From the NCBI GenBank assembly GCA_049599475.1, contig JBMYOQ010000028.1, positions 1 to 47,217 on the forward strand: a stretch of DNA of 47,217 nucleotides. Direction: 5' to 3'. Both the position numbers and the translations under genes were made by a program. Each line of letters begins with the position of its first letter. The stretch's first letter is position 1. This document shows, piece by piece, positions 9,787-20,124 of this stretch. The notes under the pieces are model-generated. The model searched no databases. It saw only the letters and a program-made list of their open reading frames with translations, and had not been told where the DNA came from. The DNA is from Opitutales bacterium (GTDB lineage Bacteria > Verrucomicrobiota > Verrucomicrobiia > Opitutales > JABSRG01).

Positions 9787-10349
9787 GAAGTCTCCAGTTC
9801 GCGAATCACTTGAGCCGGATTCCCAGCAACAACTCGAAGTGAATCCACATCGCGCATCACAACACTACGCGCTCCTACCACTGAGTCTTCACCGATAGAG
9901 ACCCCTGGAGCCACAAAGGCATCTGCGGCGATCCATGCACGTTTCCCGACCTCAATAGGCTTAAGCACCAGCGGCCTTGCGGCGGCGGTATAATCATGGG
10001 ACCCCGCGCACAGGTGAGCCCCTTGTGAAATCATCGCACCTTCTCGAATAATAATTTTTTCCAATGAATATAACTTCACGTCCCAACCCACCGTAACGTG
10101 ATCTTCAATACAAATATTCCAAGGATAGAAAATTTCTGCCGTTGGGTATATGCGCACATGCTCCCCGATATGAGCGCCAAACAGCCGCAATACCCCATTT
10201 CGAATCCCATAAAACTGCCTGGGCACTAGATATCGTACAATAGGTTGCACGAACCCCCAGAATACCCGCCGAATCATCGTGGACGAATCGTAATTCGTTA
10301 AGCTACGATGAGCACGGGGATCAAAACGTTCAATTTTGCGTTTCTTCAT
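9783..10349 (-). CDS. WcaF-type hexapeptide O-acetyltransferase
   Basis: LRLFGAHIG, YPWNI, HLCAGSHDY, left-handed beta-helix repeats, AGNPAQVIR. Confidence 0.85.
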   Translation of the reverse strand: MKKRKIERFDPRAHRSLTNYDSSTMIRRVFWGFVQPIVRYLVPRQFYGIRNGVLRLFGAHIGEHVRIYPTAEIFYPWNICIEDHVTVGWDVKLYSLEKIIIREGAMISQGAHLCAGSHDYTAAARPLVLKPIEVGKRAWIAADAFVAPGVSIGEDSVVGARSVVMRDVDSLRVVAGNPAQVIRELETS

Positions 10350-11367
10350 GTGAATCTAGACTCGGATATAAAGCGGCATACTCCGGGACAAGCTTATCCC
10401 ACATATATCGGCTCTCGACCAATTTTATGGCGCCAGCACCCGATGAATCTTCTCGAATCGCCAGAGCAATCTGTTCAGCGATAGCATTCGGCTCTGGCTC
10501 CGGACAAAAAACAAACGGCTCGTCGGCATGCGCAGCCCATGGCGTAAACTTCGAGGTAAGGATAGGCGTACCCACTGACAGTGCCTCTAAATATGCATAC
10601 CCAAAATTCTCGGAAGATGAGGGCAAACAAAATAAATCCGCCGCCGCTAACCAATGCCGTTTAGAATCATCCCAAATAGGACCTTTGAAATCGATCTGAA
10701 TATCACTCCCTCTTACTTTCCGAGCAGTCTCCATACAATGCTTGATGTATCGGCCACGACCATCTCCAATAATCGTGAGGTGCACCTTTCCTGAAGAATG
10801 TTCCACTGCCTTAGGGAGCGACTCTATGAGCGCCAACAAATTCTTTTTCGAATCGATTCTCGACAAATACACTAAGTGAAATACGTCCCCCGGGACTCCA
10901 ACGGTCTGGCGCATTTCCCTGCGATCTAATTCTGGCAATTCCCTTATCCCTAGAGGCACCATACTCACATGCGCCCTCGGGAACAATTTTTGAATGTTTG
11001 CCCGTTCAATCTCACTCGTAGCCAACAAAGTTTGTGCATTCGATAAATAGCGATTCGTAAATAGAACCCTGTGTATCCACTTTTTAATACGTTTACTACC
11101 CAAGGCCCAAGGCTCCAGCATTCCATGAGGGCTCACAATATAGGGGATGTCCTCCTTCCTACACTGCCGGGCTAGCTTCAAATGTGATTGCGACCATAAA
11201 CCATGGAAATGCACCGCCTGCACCCCTTTCAAAGTCGCCGGGTAATGATCCCCTAATCGCGCATGCGTCAGCCCAGTATGTGAATTGAGGGCTTTTGTAA
11301 TGTCATAAACAGCCAACTCAAGCCCACCTTCGCGCTTCGGTTTAGACAATTCGGAATGAAAGATCAT
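10330..11367 (-). CDS. Glycosyltransferase family 4
   Basis: HFHGLW, SPHGMLEPW, YLSRIDSKKN, ENFGYAYLEA (EX7E). Confidence 0.88.
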   Translation of the reverse strand: MIFHSELSKPKREGGLELAVYDITKALNSHTGLTHARLGDHYPATLKGVQAVHFHGLWSQSHLKLARQCRKEDIPYIVSPHGMLEPWALGSKRIKKWIHRVLFTNRYLSNAQTLLATSEIERANIQKLFPRAHVSMVPLGIRELPELDRREMRQTVGVPGDVFHLVYLSRIDSKKNLLALIESLPKAVEHSSGKVHLTIIGDGRGRYIKHCMETARKVRGSDIQIDFKGPIWDDSKRHWLAAADLFCLPSSSENFGYAYLEALSVGTPILTSKFTPWAAHADEPFVFCPEPEPNAIAEQIALAIREDSSGAGAIKLVESRYMWDKLVPEYAALYPSLDSHEETQN

Positions 11368-12491
11368 CTTTGCGCTTCCGTGATTGCCTTGGCGTAAAAC
11401 AAGACTGTTTTTTCACACATTTCATCAACTGAGAAATGCTCATGATACAACGAGCGTGCATTCTCACGCAATCGGTTGTATTCAGTAGTAGAAGTCAATA
11501 TTTCAGGAGTCTTCCACACTTGATCTATATCGATCATAGCTGGATTCAATTCCGCCTGTGTTTGATAGATACCGGGAGCAACGATGAGGGGAATTCCTGC
11601 GGAAATTGCTTCCAAAAGAGCGAAGGGCAATCCCTCATACTCAGCACTATGTAGCATATAATGAGCCTGTGATATAAATGCTTCAGGCTCATCGAGCCAC
11701 CCGTGGAATCTCACATTTCTAAGGTCTAATTCGCGGATTTTTGCTTCAAACACACTTTGCAAAACTCCTCCGCCAATCCAGTCAAACTGAGCATCCGGCA
11801 ACAGCTTACTGAGCCGCGACACCCATTCCAGCCATAGTAAAGGACGCTTTTGCTCATGCAGACGCGCTACAGCCACGAAACGCAAAGGCGTCTCTCCATT
11901 GTATCCAGGTGACTCACACACTGGAGGCACTCCATTTATAATGCGCTCGATCAATCCTGCGGGAATCAATTCTAGGGCTGAAAAGCGTTTACACTCATAC
12001 TCAGAAGCAATGACAATGGTGTGCATGGGATGCTTCCTCAGAAAACGCTTCGCAACCCAATCTCTCACCTCACCGAAGCGAGCTCCCAGTGCTGAGGGAG
12101 TGCGCAAGATATGAATCGTCTGCACAACGGGCACGCTTTGCTCATAAAACGATTTCAGGAGATCTAAGCCATCCTCCAAATTCTGTTTATTCAAATGGAG
12201 AACATCCGGGGCCCAGGAGGCAACCGCCTCGTCCAAACCTGGAAAATCAGCCTGTCTTGAAACAACATAGTGAAGAGACTTTAAAGGCCTGTCATACGTA
12301 TTGGTATACTCAAAACGAAACACGTCTCCGCATTCTCCGAACTGTTCAGCCAGTCGATCCATTCTAGAATGTCTTGAACACGCAAGCGCGACCGCATGGC
12401 CGAGCCTTTTCATGGCACCCGCGAGCTTGAGGAGATACAATTCTCCACCGCCCTGAGAACCAGAACTTGCTGTCACAAAGAGAATTTTCAT
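11364..12491 (-). CDS. Glycosyltransferase family 4
   Basis: GGGE, VARLHEQKRP, EGLPFALLEA (EX7E). Confidence 0.88.
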   Translation of the reverse strand: MKILFVTASSGSQGGGELYLLKLAGAMKRLGHAVALACSRHSRMDRLAEQFGECGDVFRFEYTNTYDRPLKSLHYVVSRQADFPGLDEAVASWAPDVLHLNKQNLEDGLDLLKSFYEQSVPVVQTIHILRTPSALGARFGEVRDWVAKRFLRKHPMHTIVIASEYECKRFSALELIPAGLIERIINGVPPVCESPGYNGETPLRFVAVARLHEQKRPLLWLEWVSRLSKLLPDAQFDWIGGGVLQSVFEAKIRELDLRNVRFHGWLDEPEAFISQAHYMLHSAEYEGLPFALLEAISAGIPLIVAPGIYQTQAELNPAMIDIDQVWKTPEILTSTTEYNRLRENARSLYHEHFSVDEMCEKTVLFYAKAITEAQR

Positions 12492-13570
12492 GATCCCGCT
12501 TCCAAGCCTCTTAGAAATTCAACAATATTCCTCGCTCCTGACTCCGGGGAAATATTTTTGCTCAATTCGCAATTGTGACTCCCTATCGAAGGCCATTCAT
12601 TACGATGCAGAACCAGGTCCTTTACCGCATCCACGATTGCACCTGAATCATTCGGAGCGACCACGCGGCCATTCCTCTCATCTATGAGGTCCGCAGCCCC
12701 CACAGCCTCTGTTGTGACTATGGGCAACTCCGCCGCTATAGCCTGATTGATAACCACTCCCCAACCGTCATATCTACTGGGCAATACGAACAGGTCGGCC
12801 TCCCCAAACACTGCTGGCAACTCCGCCGGCTGAATGAAGCCTAAATAATGAATGCGCTCTCTCACAGAGCTTTCAACCTGATCGATAAGGCCTCTGAGGT
12901 CCCCATCTCCAACAACCGTAAGCTCCAGAAGTGCCTCAATCTCATTGTCATTAATCAAGGCTCGAAAGGCATCTAGCAGTAAATCAAAACCCTTGCGGTG
13001 AATCAACTGCCCGCAGAATAAGATATTAATCTTATCTCCGCATGCTTCCCTTTTCGAGCGAGCATAGGATTTTATATCAATCGCGTAAGGTTGATTAAGG
13101 CGAGGTCTACCTGGAAAAAGCTCCATATACTGCTCGTAGGCCCGTTTTCCAATGGCGATCACTCCGTCGACATTCGTAATGGGGCCACGGAGCCATCGAT
13201 ACAACGAAGCAATAAAACGATTGCTTGGAATAAAAAAAGGCTCACCAAACCACACAGTTCTGACCCTCTCGGGAATTCTCCTCACATAGGAAAAATAGGA
13301 AAGGTTCAAGTATCCGTTGAATATCAAGAAATCAAAGTCCACGGGATTGGGAAGACCCTTACTTAAATGTATCCTTTTTTTCGCTACATTATAAACCGAG
13401 CTATCCAGGACACTTTCATGAGCGTGGAGAGCATCAATTTTCCAAGGAGAATCAGGAGTCCACTTCTCCCAATAGAAGACAGAGAGCGCCACCCCTTTTA
13501 CCTGGGCCATGCACGCAAACAAGTCGCGCTGATAGGGCGACGGCGCTATCGATAGTATACCAATCCTCAT
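12488..13570 (-). CDS. Glycosyltransferase family 4
   Basis: PSPYQ, GQLIHRKG, PSRYDGWGVVINQA. Confidence 0.85.
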   Translation of the reverse strand: MRIGILSIAPSPYQRDLFACMAQVKGVALSVFYWEKWTPDSPWKIDALHAHESVLDSSVYNVAKKRIHLSKGLPNPVDFDFLIFNGYLNLSYFSYVRRIPERVRTVWFGEPFFIPSNRFIASLYRWLRGPITNVDGVIAIGKRAYEQYMELFPGRPRLNQPYAIDIKSYARSKREACGDKINILFCGQLIHRKGFDLLLDAFRALINDNEIEALLELTVVGDGDLRGLIDQVESSVRERIHYLGFIQPAELPAVFGEADLFVLPSRYDGWGVVINQAIAAELPIVTTEAVGAADLIDERNGRVVAPNDSGAIVDAVKDLVLHRNEWPSIGSHNCELSKNISPESGARNIVEFLRGLEAGS

Positions 13571-15040
13571 TTAGCTATCCGAAGGTAAGGTAAACGAGCG
13601 ACTCCGCCGAACCCGCTTCGCGCCCGGGGAACCCGTGAAGAAATTACGATAAACAAAGTAACCTGAAATCATTGCAACAGTCGGAAGAATCGCAGTCGTA
13701 AACCAAAATGTACTGCGCATCGAAAGGGCAGCTGCAAAAAAACCCGAAGCGAATATAATTTTTTTCAGGGGTATCTCATACTGGGACCCGCGACGGTTCC
13801 AAAGCCCGCATACAATCCCAATAAGCACACCCGTGCCTACGACACCCACCAAACCAAACGCCATATAGCTTTCGCCGACCCAGGTAGTCGCAACAGACAT
13901 CTGCTCGACCCCCGTAGCCTCCTCGATGGATACAGATAAGCCCTCAGGTTTTCCCGCCCACACGGCTCTAGGGATCGGCTTAACCAAAGCCCAAACCGGA
14001 ACTTCTGTACCCAGGAAATCATGTCGCTCAGGAAACGCCTCCGCAAGCACCCCTAAATAGTGAAGGTTGAAATCAACAAACAAGGTCTCACGATTTTTCT
14101 CACTTTGGTAATACTCACCCTTAATGTAGCGCTTCAGCCCAATATTTCGAAACTCTAACATATGATAAGAACCCCAGGCGGTAACGAATAAGCAGATTCC
14201 GATAAAAACTGACATCGGTGCCCATCGGATCTTCGTCTGATTAATCAAATAGGCTACAATGAATGTGATCATGTAAGTCCCAAAGATATTTCGAGTTCCC
14301 GATGAGAACCCATAAAAAATGGTAAACAGGAAAACCGGAGCTGTAGTTAGCAAATGTATTAATGGCACCTTCTTTCGCAGCGCCAACAATGCACCAAAAA
14401 TGGGTGGTATCAGGTAAACAAATAGGCCCAATTCAACTAGCAGCGCCTTCCAATCTCCGAGCCGTCCACGCCCCCAGGGCTGCGAAAACCGAGCTCCCAT
14501 CATGGCGTCGATGGCTCGGCTTATGCTGAAATCAACCGCGATAAAAATATGAAAGAATCCAATAGCAAACGCTGCCCAAAAAGCTCCGACTAGGATTTTA
14601 TAATTAATAAATGCTTGGTGCGCGGGTATATATCTAACTTTTCTACTCGTTACAAAGTGGCGGCTGATTGCGATCGTTACAAAACCAAGATTAAACAATC
14701 CACACGCCATACTTGTTCGCTCGACCGTAGAAACCCGATTCAATTCAGGCTGACTGAAAAGGAATTCCAGATATGATAGGGCGTAGAAAATTACCAAGCA
14801 TACCCAATCCACTCGTATCAAACGCGAGAATCCCATCGTATTCAGCTCGAATAGAATAGCCAAGCCCAGCCCACCGAGAACCCACTTTGCATAGTGGTTT
14901 GCAACGGAATAAGGATCTGATTCAGGGACAAACAGCCAGGCCACCATCATGCACAGGAGCAGAATCACCGTACCCTCCAATCGCGGAGTCGGTGAGTCCG
15001 TCCAAATCACTTCCTTTGCCTTATCTCCCGGAGCACTCAT
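13571..15040 (-). CDS. Polytopic membrane protein, Wzy-like polymerase or ligase
   Basis: About 10-12 hydrophobic helices, SSGTR motif, periplasmic loop with IPRAVWAGKP and a GE.Y..FG motif, located inside the glycan locus. Confidence 0.65.
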   Translation of the reverse strand: MSAPGDKAKEVIWTDSPTPRLEGTVILLLCMMVAWLFVPESDPYSVANHYAKWVLGGLGLAILFELNTMGFSRLIRVDWVCLVIFYALSYLEFLFSQPELNRVSTVERTSMACGLFNLGFVTIAISRHFVTSRKVRYIPAHQAFINYKILVGAFWAAFAIGFFHIFIAVDFSISRAIDAMMGARFSQPWGRGRLGDWKALLVELGLFVYLIPPIFGALLALRKKVPLIHLLTTAPVFLFTIFYGFSSGTRNIFGTYMITFIVAYLINQTKIRWAPMSVFIGICLFVTAWGSYHMLEFRNIGLKRYIKGEYYQSEKNRETLFVDFNLHYLGVLAEAFPERHDFLGTEVPVWALVKPIPRAVWAGKPEGLSVSIEEATGVEQMSVATTWVGESYMAFGLVGVVGTGVLIGIVCGLWNRRGSQYEIPLKKIIFASGFFAAALSMRSTFWFTTAILPTVAMISGYFVYRNFFTGSPGAKRVRRSRSFTLPSDS

Positions 15041-15168
15041 TTCCTTGTATAGTTTACGGCATATGATTCATTCTCGATATAGACCATCCGAATTGTCCAA
15101 ACGATTTGCGGGAATTAACGATCCGGTCCGAACCAGCATACCCCAATATTCTATATCTGGCAGCAATC

Positions 15169-16137
15169 ATGAAAAAAGTAGCCATCCTCAAAAACTGGGG
15201 AGATTTTTGGATGACAGATCAACGCTTTCTCGACCAATCGTCCAATGGCGCTGGTCGCCAAGGAGATTATCAATTTCAAGTCGGATACGATAATTCATGC
15301 GACTATCTCGTAGTTTTAAATCGTCCCACAGCCCCTATCACGACTCACCTTCCGAAATCTAATATCCTGGGACTGATTCAAGAGCCGCCAAACGAGATTT
15401 ATGCGCCCCTTCATCGCGGCCAAAGTGCGATGGGCACTATTTTAAACCAAAAATATTCATCGGAAAATGGCCGCTTCATTTTGAGCCCTCCCCTCATTCC
15501 GTGGTTTGTCCAAAAGAGCCGGCCCGAATTAGAGGAATTAGCCCCGTTCACGAAGGTTAAGAAATTATCCTGCGTCACCAGCAAAACCTTTTTCTTTAAA
15601 GGACATAAAAAGAGAATCGAGTTTCTATCGAGTATTCAGAAAAAAATCGAAGGATTGGATACATTCGGGCGAGGTATTCACCCCATCAAGGATAAATGGG
15701 ACGGGCTGGCGCCCTATGAATATTCCATTGTTATGGAGAATTTCACTTGTCCCTATTACTGGACAGAAAAGATCGCTGACTGCTTTCTTTCCTGGACTTA
15801 TCCAATTTATTTCGGCTGCACCAATATTCATGACTTCTTTCCAAAAAATGCCCTAATGCGGTTCGATATGGATGACCCCCACGCAACCGACAAAATAAAA
15901 GAACGCATCAAAACCCCGCCCACTCCAGAAGAAATTGAAGCTGTCAAAGAGTCTCGCGAGTTAATCTTAAAGAAATACCACTTCTTTCCCAGTATTGCCC
16001 ACCATCTAGACAGCATCAGTTCAGACGTTCCAGACTCCCAACACCAAACACGTATTCGCTCTATCACTATCCCCATTCTCGAGTCTTGGATTCGGTCATA
16101 TTCACGAAAATACATGATTAAAATCCGGGGTAAATAA
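15169..16137 (+). CDS. GT10-like (alpha-1,3/4-fucosyltransferase family) glycosyltransferase
   Basis: YEYSIVMEN...YWTEKIADCF...PIYFG resembles the GT10 signature. ATG at 15169 preferred over TTG at 15106. Opposite strand to its neighbours. Confidence 0.75.
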   Translation: MKKVAILKNWGDFWMTDQRFLDQSSNGAGRQGDYQFQVGYDNSCDYLVVLNRPTAPITTHLPKSNILGLIQEPPNEIYAPLHRGQSAMGTILNQKYSSENGRFILSPPLIPWFVQKSRPELEELAPFTKVKKLSCVTSKTFFFKGHKKRIEFLSSIQKKIEGLDTFGRGIHPIKDKWDGLAPYEYSIVMENFTCPYYWTEKIADCFLSWTYPIYFGCTNIHDFFPKNALMRFDMDDPHATDKIKERIKTPPTPEEIEAVKESRELILKKYHFFPSIAHHLDSISSDVPDSQHQTRIRSITIPILESWIRSYSRKYMIKIRGK

Positions 16138-16140
16138 TTG

Positions 16141-17313
16141 CTACTCCGCCCTACGGTTCAATGTATCCGAGAGCGCCGATTCTAAGACGCGTGCCGCACT
16201 GATAGAATCAAAAGTACCCGTGACCCGCGGCCTCTGCTTATCAACCTCGAGTAAAGTATCGAAGAGGGCCCCTTCGTTCCCATATTCGAAAACAGCGCCA
16301 TTGCTCTTCTTATTTATTAAATCTTTCGCACCAACGCGACTACTGACGACGCAGGGAGTTCCACATTGTAGGGCTTGTGGAACCACTAATCCAAATGCGT
16401 CCTCTACAGAGGGCACGACTAGCACGTCAGAGCTCCGCATTGCAGAGGCGAGAATTCGCTGGGGCACAGCACCATTAATTTGAATTTGATCGCGACACTC
16501 GACATCTTTCAACTGCGAGCTTAACCAAGAAGAATCAGGGCCATATACCTCGAGTTCCCAATGAGTGGGTAAATCCTTACGTTTCCAGATATCCATGACA
16601 TAATGAATCCCCTTTCGAACATCCATTTGTCCTGCATACATAATGCGGAATTTCGACCGTTCAACAGGGCCCATTTCTTCGTTCTTGAAAAAAACTGTTT
16701 CGTCCACCCCATAGGGAGCGACAATGATTTGACCCGGATCAATCCCGAGCGATACAAATTGATCTCTAACCGTTGTCGACGCTACTAAATGGATGTCCGC
16801 CAGGTCTCGCTCTCGATCTAGACGAGAGATAGAATGGACTCCTTCAGATTCATCGTTGACGGGTATTTTCAGGCGTTCCTTCTCCCGATTAACGAGTTCA
16901 TTCTGTATCTCTATAGGGCCAGATGCGTGATTCAAGACCGTCACCATACCCTGCTTTTGAGCGATCTGGAATGAGGCCGCACATTGTCCAGGAATTCCAA
17001 TAAAAACATGACCTATGCCTTTGCTACTCTTCAATTTTTTAGAGACAGCTCTATCAAAGGCAAGGTCCTGCCATCGATATAATTTCGAAGCCAGGCTATT
17101 CGTGCGTCCAGTTATCGCAGTTACTCCGTAAGTAATCAGAGTTGGTAGCTTTGACTCAACAATATCTATGCTTTCCGTATTCCCGACAAGAAGGCCTTTC
17201 GGGTATCCTGAGATAAAGGACACCGAACATCCGAGAGCAGCCAAACCTTTCACCTGGTCCCATACATGACAGGGGTTTGTCGCGGAGAAAACATATTTCC
17301 ACTGATTCTTCAT
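16141..17313 (-). CDS. Glycosyltransferase family 4
   Basis: YAGQMDVRKG, PSVEDAFGLVVPQA. ATG 17313 or GTG 17331 start. Confidence 0.85.
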   Translation of the reverse strand: MKNQWKYVFSATNPCHVWDQVKGLAALGCSVSFISGYPKGLLVGNTESIDIVESKLPTLITYGVTAITGRTNSLASKLYRWQDLAFDRAVSKKLKSSKGIGHVFIGIPGQCAASFQIAQKQGMVTVLNHASGPIEIQNELVNREKERLKIPVNDESEGVHSISRLDRERDLADIHLVASTTVRDQFVSLGIDPGQIIVAPYGVDETVFFKNEEMGPVERSKFRIMYAGQMDVRKGIHYVMDIWKRKDLPTHWELEVYGPDSSWLSSQLKDVECRDQIQINGAVPQRILASAMRSSDVLVVPSVEDAFGLVVPQALQCGTPCVVSSRVGAKDLINKKSNGAVFEYGNEGALFDTLLEVDKQRPRVTGTFDSISAARVLESALSDTLNRRAE

Positions 17314-17339
17314 ACACACATGAAATCCCACTCAGGAAC

Positions 17340-18269
17340 TCATCGAACACTATCCCAAAAAGTACGGCTCTCGTCTATGATTTCCTGACTGATACCTTTT
17401 GGAACCTCAAACCGATGTTGGGCGAAAACATTGCGTACCATATTTCGGATACACACGAGTAACCTTTTTAGCAATGGACTCTGGATTGTCTCCGGCATTT
17501 CCGGATCAGAGCAGTAAGTACCAAATGCTAGGTTCTCTGCAAAATTGAGTTTAGATGCATCGGCAACCGTAGCCTTGAAGTCTTTGCGGAACCAATGCGG
17601 ATTTTCACTCTGAACATCTTTATTCTCAATCGATCGCCTACTAGCTAGCCGCATCTCGATTTGGTCAGGATCTCGGTATTGGTAATGTAAATATTCGACT
17701 CTCCCCGGATAAGGCCCAGCCAATCCCTCAGGGAAACTGTCATCACTCCCCCATTTTAGCCACGGCAATGCCCTAAACAAACGGCGCTGAGATGTGCTCT
17801 TTCTGTAGTATCGACGTCTATCAGAAATTGACCGCTTTCTCTCATTCTCAATGACGATATCTCCCCAAGCCTGATGGTCACTGTCCGTGTAATAGAAATT
17901 TACATGTTCACTAAAAATATGATCGTACAGCCCCTTGGATGCTTCATTCACAACCGACCGAACTCGAGGATCGCAAAACTCATCTGTATCAGTCACCGCC
18001 CACCAATCATTGTGATGTAATATATCTCGATATATATTCCATATATGACGCCTTACCTCGCGCGCGTGGTGAGGACCAATACGTCCAAGAAAGAAAACGT
18101 TCTCATAGGAGCCCGCAAATGATTCGAGAATCTCTGCAGAGTCGTCATCACTACCGCAATCAAGGAGAAGCAACATGTCATGCAGCGGCTGAGCGTGCTC
18201 CAAGGCCTCCAACAAAATATCGGCTTCGTTCTTCACGGTCATCAGACCAATTATTCGCGGTGAATTCAT
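17340..18269 (-). CDS. Glycosyltransferase family 2-like (Glyco_tranf_2_4 type)
   Basis: MTVKNEADIL, DCGSDD, DTDEF (DxD), HYQYR. Confidence 0.8.
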   Translation of the reverse strand: MNSPRIIGLMTVKNEADILLEALEHAQPLHDMLLLLDCGSDDDSAEILESFAGSYENVFFLGRIGPHHAREVRRHIWNIYRDILHHNDWWAVTDTDEFCDPRVRSVVNEASKGLYDHIFSEHVNFYYTDSDHQAWGDIVIENERKRSISDRRRYYRKSTSQRRLFRALPWLKWGSDDSFPEGLAGPYPGRVEYLHYQYRDPDQIEMRLASRRSIENKDVQSENPHWFRKDFKATVADASKLNFAENLAFGTYCSDPEMPETIQSPLLKRLLVCIRNMVRNVFAQHRFEVPKGISQEIIDESRTFWDSVR

Positions 18270-19159
18270 ATCAATTTAGAGTCCAAGAGCTCATCTTTGA
18301 TCTCAATGGGACGATGTAAAACCTTTCGCCATTCACTATAGGCAGCCCAAGAAACAGGCGTTCGCAATTTAAACGCTTCAACAAGACGGATACATGCGCC
18401 AATCCACCATTTCCACTCATGCAAAATCCAGCCCCTCCTTACAGCATAGCGAGACTGCGAAAGTACAACCCGTATCAATGTAATCGGAAGCACGAAGACG
18501 GGCGTCCTGAGAACAGAAGATAAGAATTCATTCCGAGCATGCATGAGATGTGTTCGCATTTCATTTCTCTCAATCCTCGAGTAATGATGCCTGATGGTAA
18601 GAGTACGCGTCTCCATGGCCTTCCAACCCTTATCCATAAGCTGAAGGACAAAATCTGGTTCTTCATAAGCATGTTCAAAGAGTACTGCATAGCCCTCCGT
18701 TTCCATGTAAGCCGCCTTGCGAATAACCGCACCCGAATTTGCATATGAGCCGACATATTTTCTGTCGTTTTTTCCGAGATCGCGCACCTCAGGGAATTCA
18801 TCACTAATCTGAGGAAAAGTAAATACCCCCACGTCTTTAAAGGACTCACCAAATTCTCTTATGCGATCTACGCTATTGGACTCCAAAGGGTATGAATCGT
18901 CATCAAGCGAAAGGACCAAATCACAGTCTGTATCTCGAATAATTCTATCACGATTTGGGATAGAGCCCTTCAACTGAGTCGCAGATATAATAGCATCGGG
19001 AAAAATTCGCCTAACAACCGCTTCACTATCATCAGTGCACCGGTCCAACACTAACCTTACTTCGTCCGGTAATGGATCTAAGTTTCGAATCTTGGAAAAA
19101 GTCCTCTTGAGCTCTTCGGCTCGGTTATGACTCACGATAGATATACAAACTCGGTTCAC
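18266..19159 (-). CDS. Glycosyltransferase family 2
   Basis: ISIVSHNR, LSLDDDS, YEEPDF. Confidence 0.85.
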   Translation of the reverse strand: MNRVCISIVSHNRAEELKRTFSKIRNLDPLPDEVRLVLDRCTDDSEAVVRRIFPDAIISATQLKGSIPNRDRIIRDTDCDLVLSLDDDSYPLESNSVDRIREFGESFKDVGVFTFPQISDEFPEVRDLGKNDRKYVGSYANSGAVIRKAAYMETEGYAVLFEHAYEEPDFVLQLMDKGWKAMETRTLTIRHHYSRIERNEMRTHLMHARNEFLSSVLRTPVFVLPITLIRVVLSQSRYAVRRGWILHEWKWWIGACIRLVEAFKLRTPVSWAAYSEWRKVLHRPIEIKDELLDSKLI

Positions 19160-20124
19160 GATCTACGAAGAATTTTACCAATGCGCTCCGCATTAACAAA
19201 ACCAATACACGCAGCCACCCAACGATAATGCCAAGGCGCCGCAACTCCCTCAGGAATTAACGATATGCTCTCAGGAATCGAATTTAAGAAAGAGCGCGCA
19301 TGCTCAATATTCTGCCCCGCTAATGATCGAAACATTTCGAAAAAAGCGACACCAGCCCGCCTCTTATGTTCACCGCTCAGCTTGCCCGATTCCTCGAGCA
19401 TCCTCATAGCATCCAAAGTTAAGTGCGAACGATTTTCAATTACGCTCTGTAAATTCTTTTTTGATACAGTTTCATCGGACCACTGACGATATACAGCAGA
19501 AGATTCCTCCCAGGACTCGGCGATCACTGCAAATCGAAGATCTTCCTTCAATGCTCGCAGGCTTAGCTCATAATCCTGACAATTCTTCCATTCCTGATTC
19601 CATCCCCCAATTCTCTGAAGCGCAGCCTTATTCCAGAGAAAACCGCCTGTTTGAGGCATATCCCAAGAGATCCAAAGAGACCATAGGTCACTCTCCTCCG
19701 AAAGGACAAGCTTCTCACCATATGCTTCTTCCGGACAATATTTTCGAAGCGTTGAGGAAAGAACGATATCAACACCTGAAACCGAATTCAAAACACTTAA
19801 ATCAGCTTCAATCTTTCGCTTCTGCAGGAAATCATCCGCGTCGAGGAATTGCACCCACTCTCCCGTCGCCCGCGACAAAAGAGCATTGCGCGCGACTTGC
19901 CCACCACTATTTCGCCTAGATCGAATGACCTCCACTTGATCACCAAACTTCTCAATGATGGCTAAAGAATTATCCCTACTCGCATCATCATACACAATGA
20001 TTTGACCAACCGATACCGACTGCTCTAGGCAGCTTTCGATGGCCTCAGCAATCCACCTCTCTGCATTAAAACAGGGGATTAGAATAGACACCATCGAGCC
20101 GTCGTGGATTCCCCGCTCCTGCAT
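19156..20124 (-). CDS. Glycosyltransferase family 2
   Basis: VSILIPCFN, DDASRD, FLDADD, QDYEL. Confidence 0.9.
   Translation of the reverse strand: MQERGIHDGSMVSILIPCFNAERWIAEAIESCLEQSVSVGQIIVYDDASRDNSLAIIEKFGDQVEVIRSRRNSGGQVARNALLSRATGEWVQFLDADDFLQKRKIEADLSVLNSVSGVDIVLSSTLRKYCPEEAYGEKLVLSEESDLWSLWISWDMPQTGGFLWNKAALQRIGGWNQEWKNCQDYELSLRALKEDLRFAVIAESWEESSAVYRQWSDETVSKKNLQSVIENRSHLTLDAMRMLEESGKLSGEHKRRAGVAFFEMFRSLAGQNIEHARSFLNSIPESISLIPEGVAAPWHYRWVAACIGFVNAERIGKILRRS

Noticed and set aside
15041..16140. Recombinase-driven flipping of the GT10-like gene
   Set aside because: No matching inverted repeats at the two boundaries and no recombinase in the window.
17310..17342. Possible premature TGA in the GT2 gene: reading through adds 10 codons and ends in an ATGA overlap with the next gene
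   Set aside because: Too short to distinguish from chance, and a GTG start at 17331 already closes the gap.
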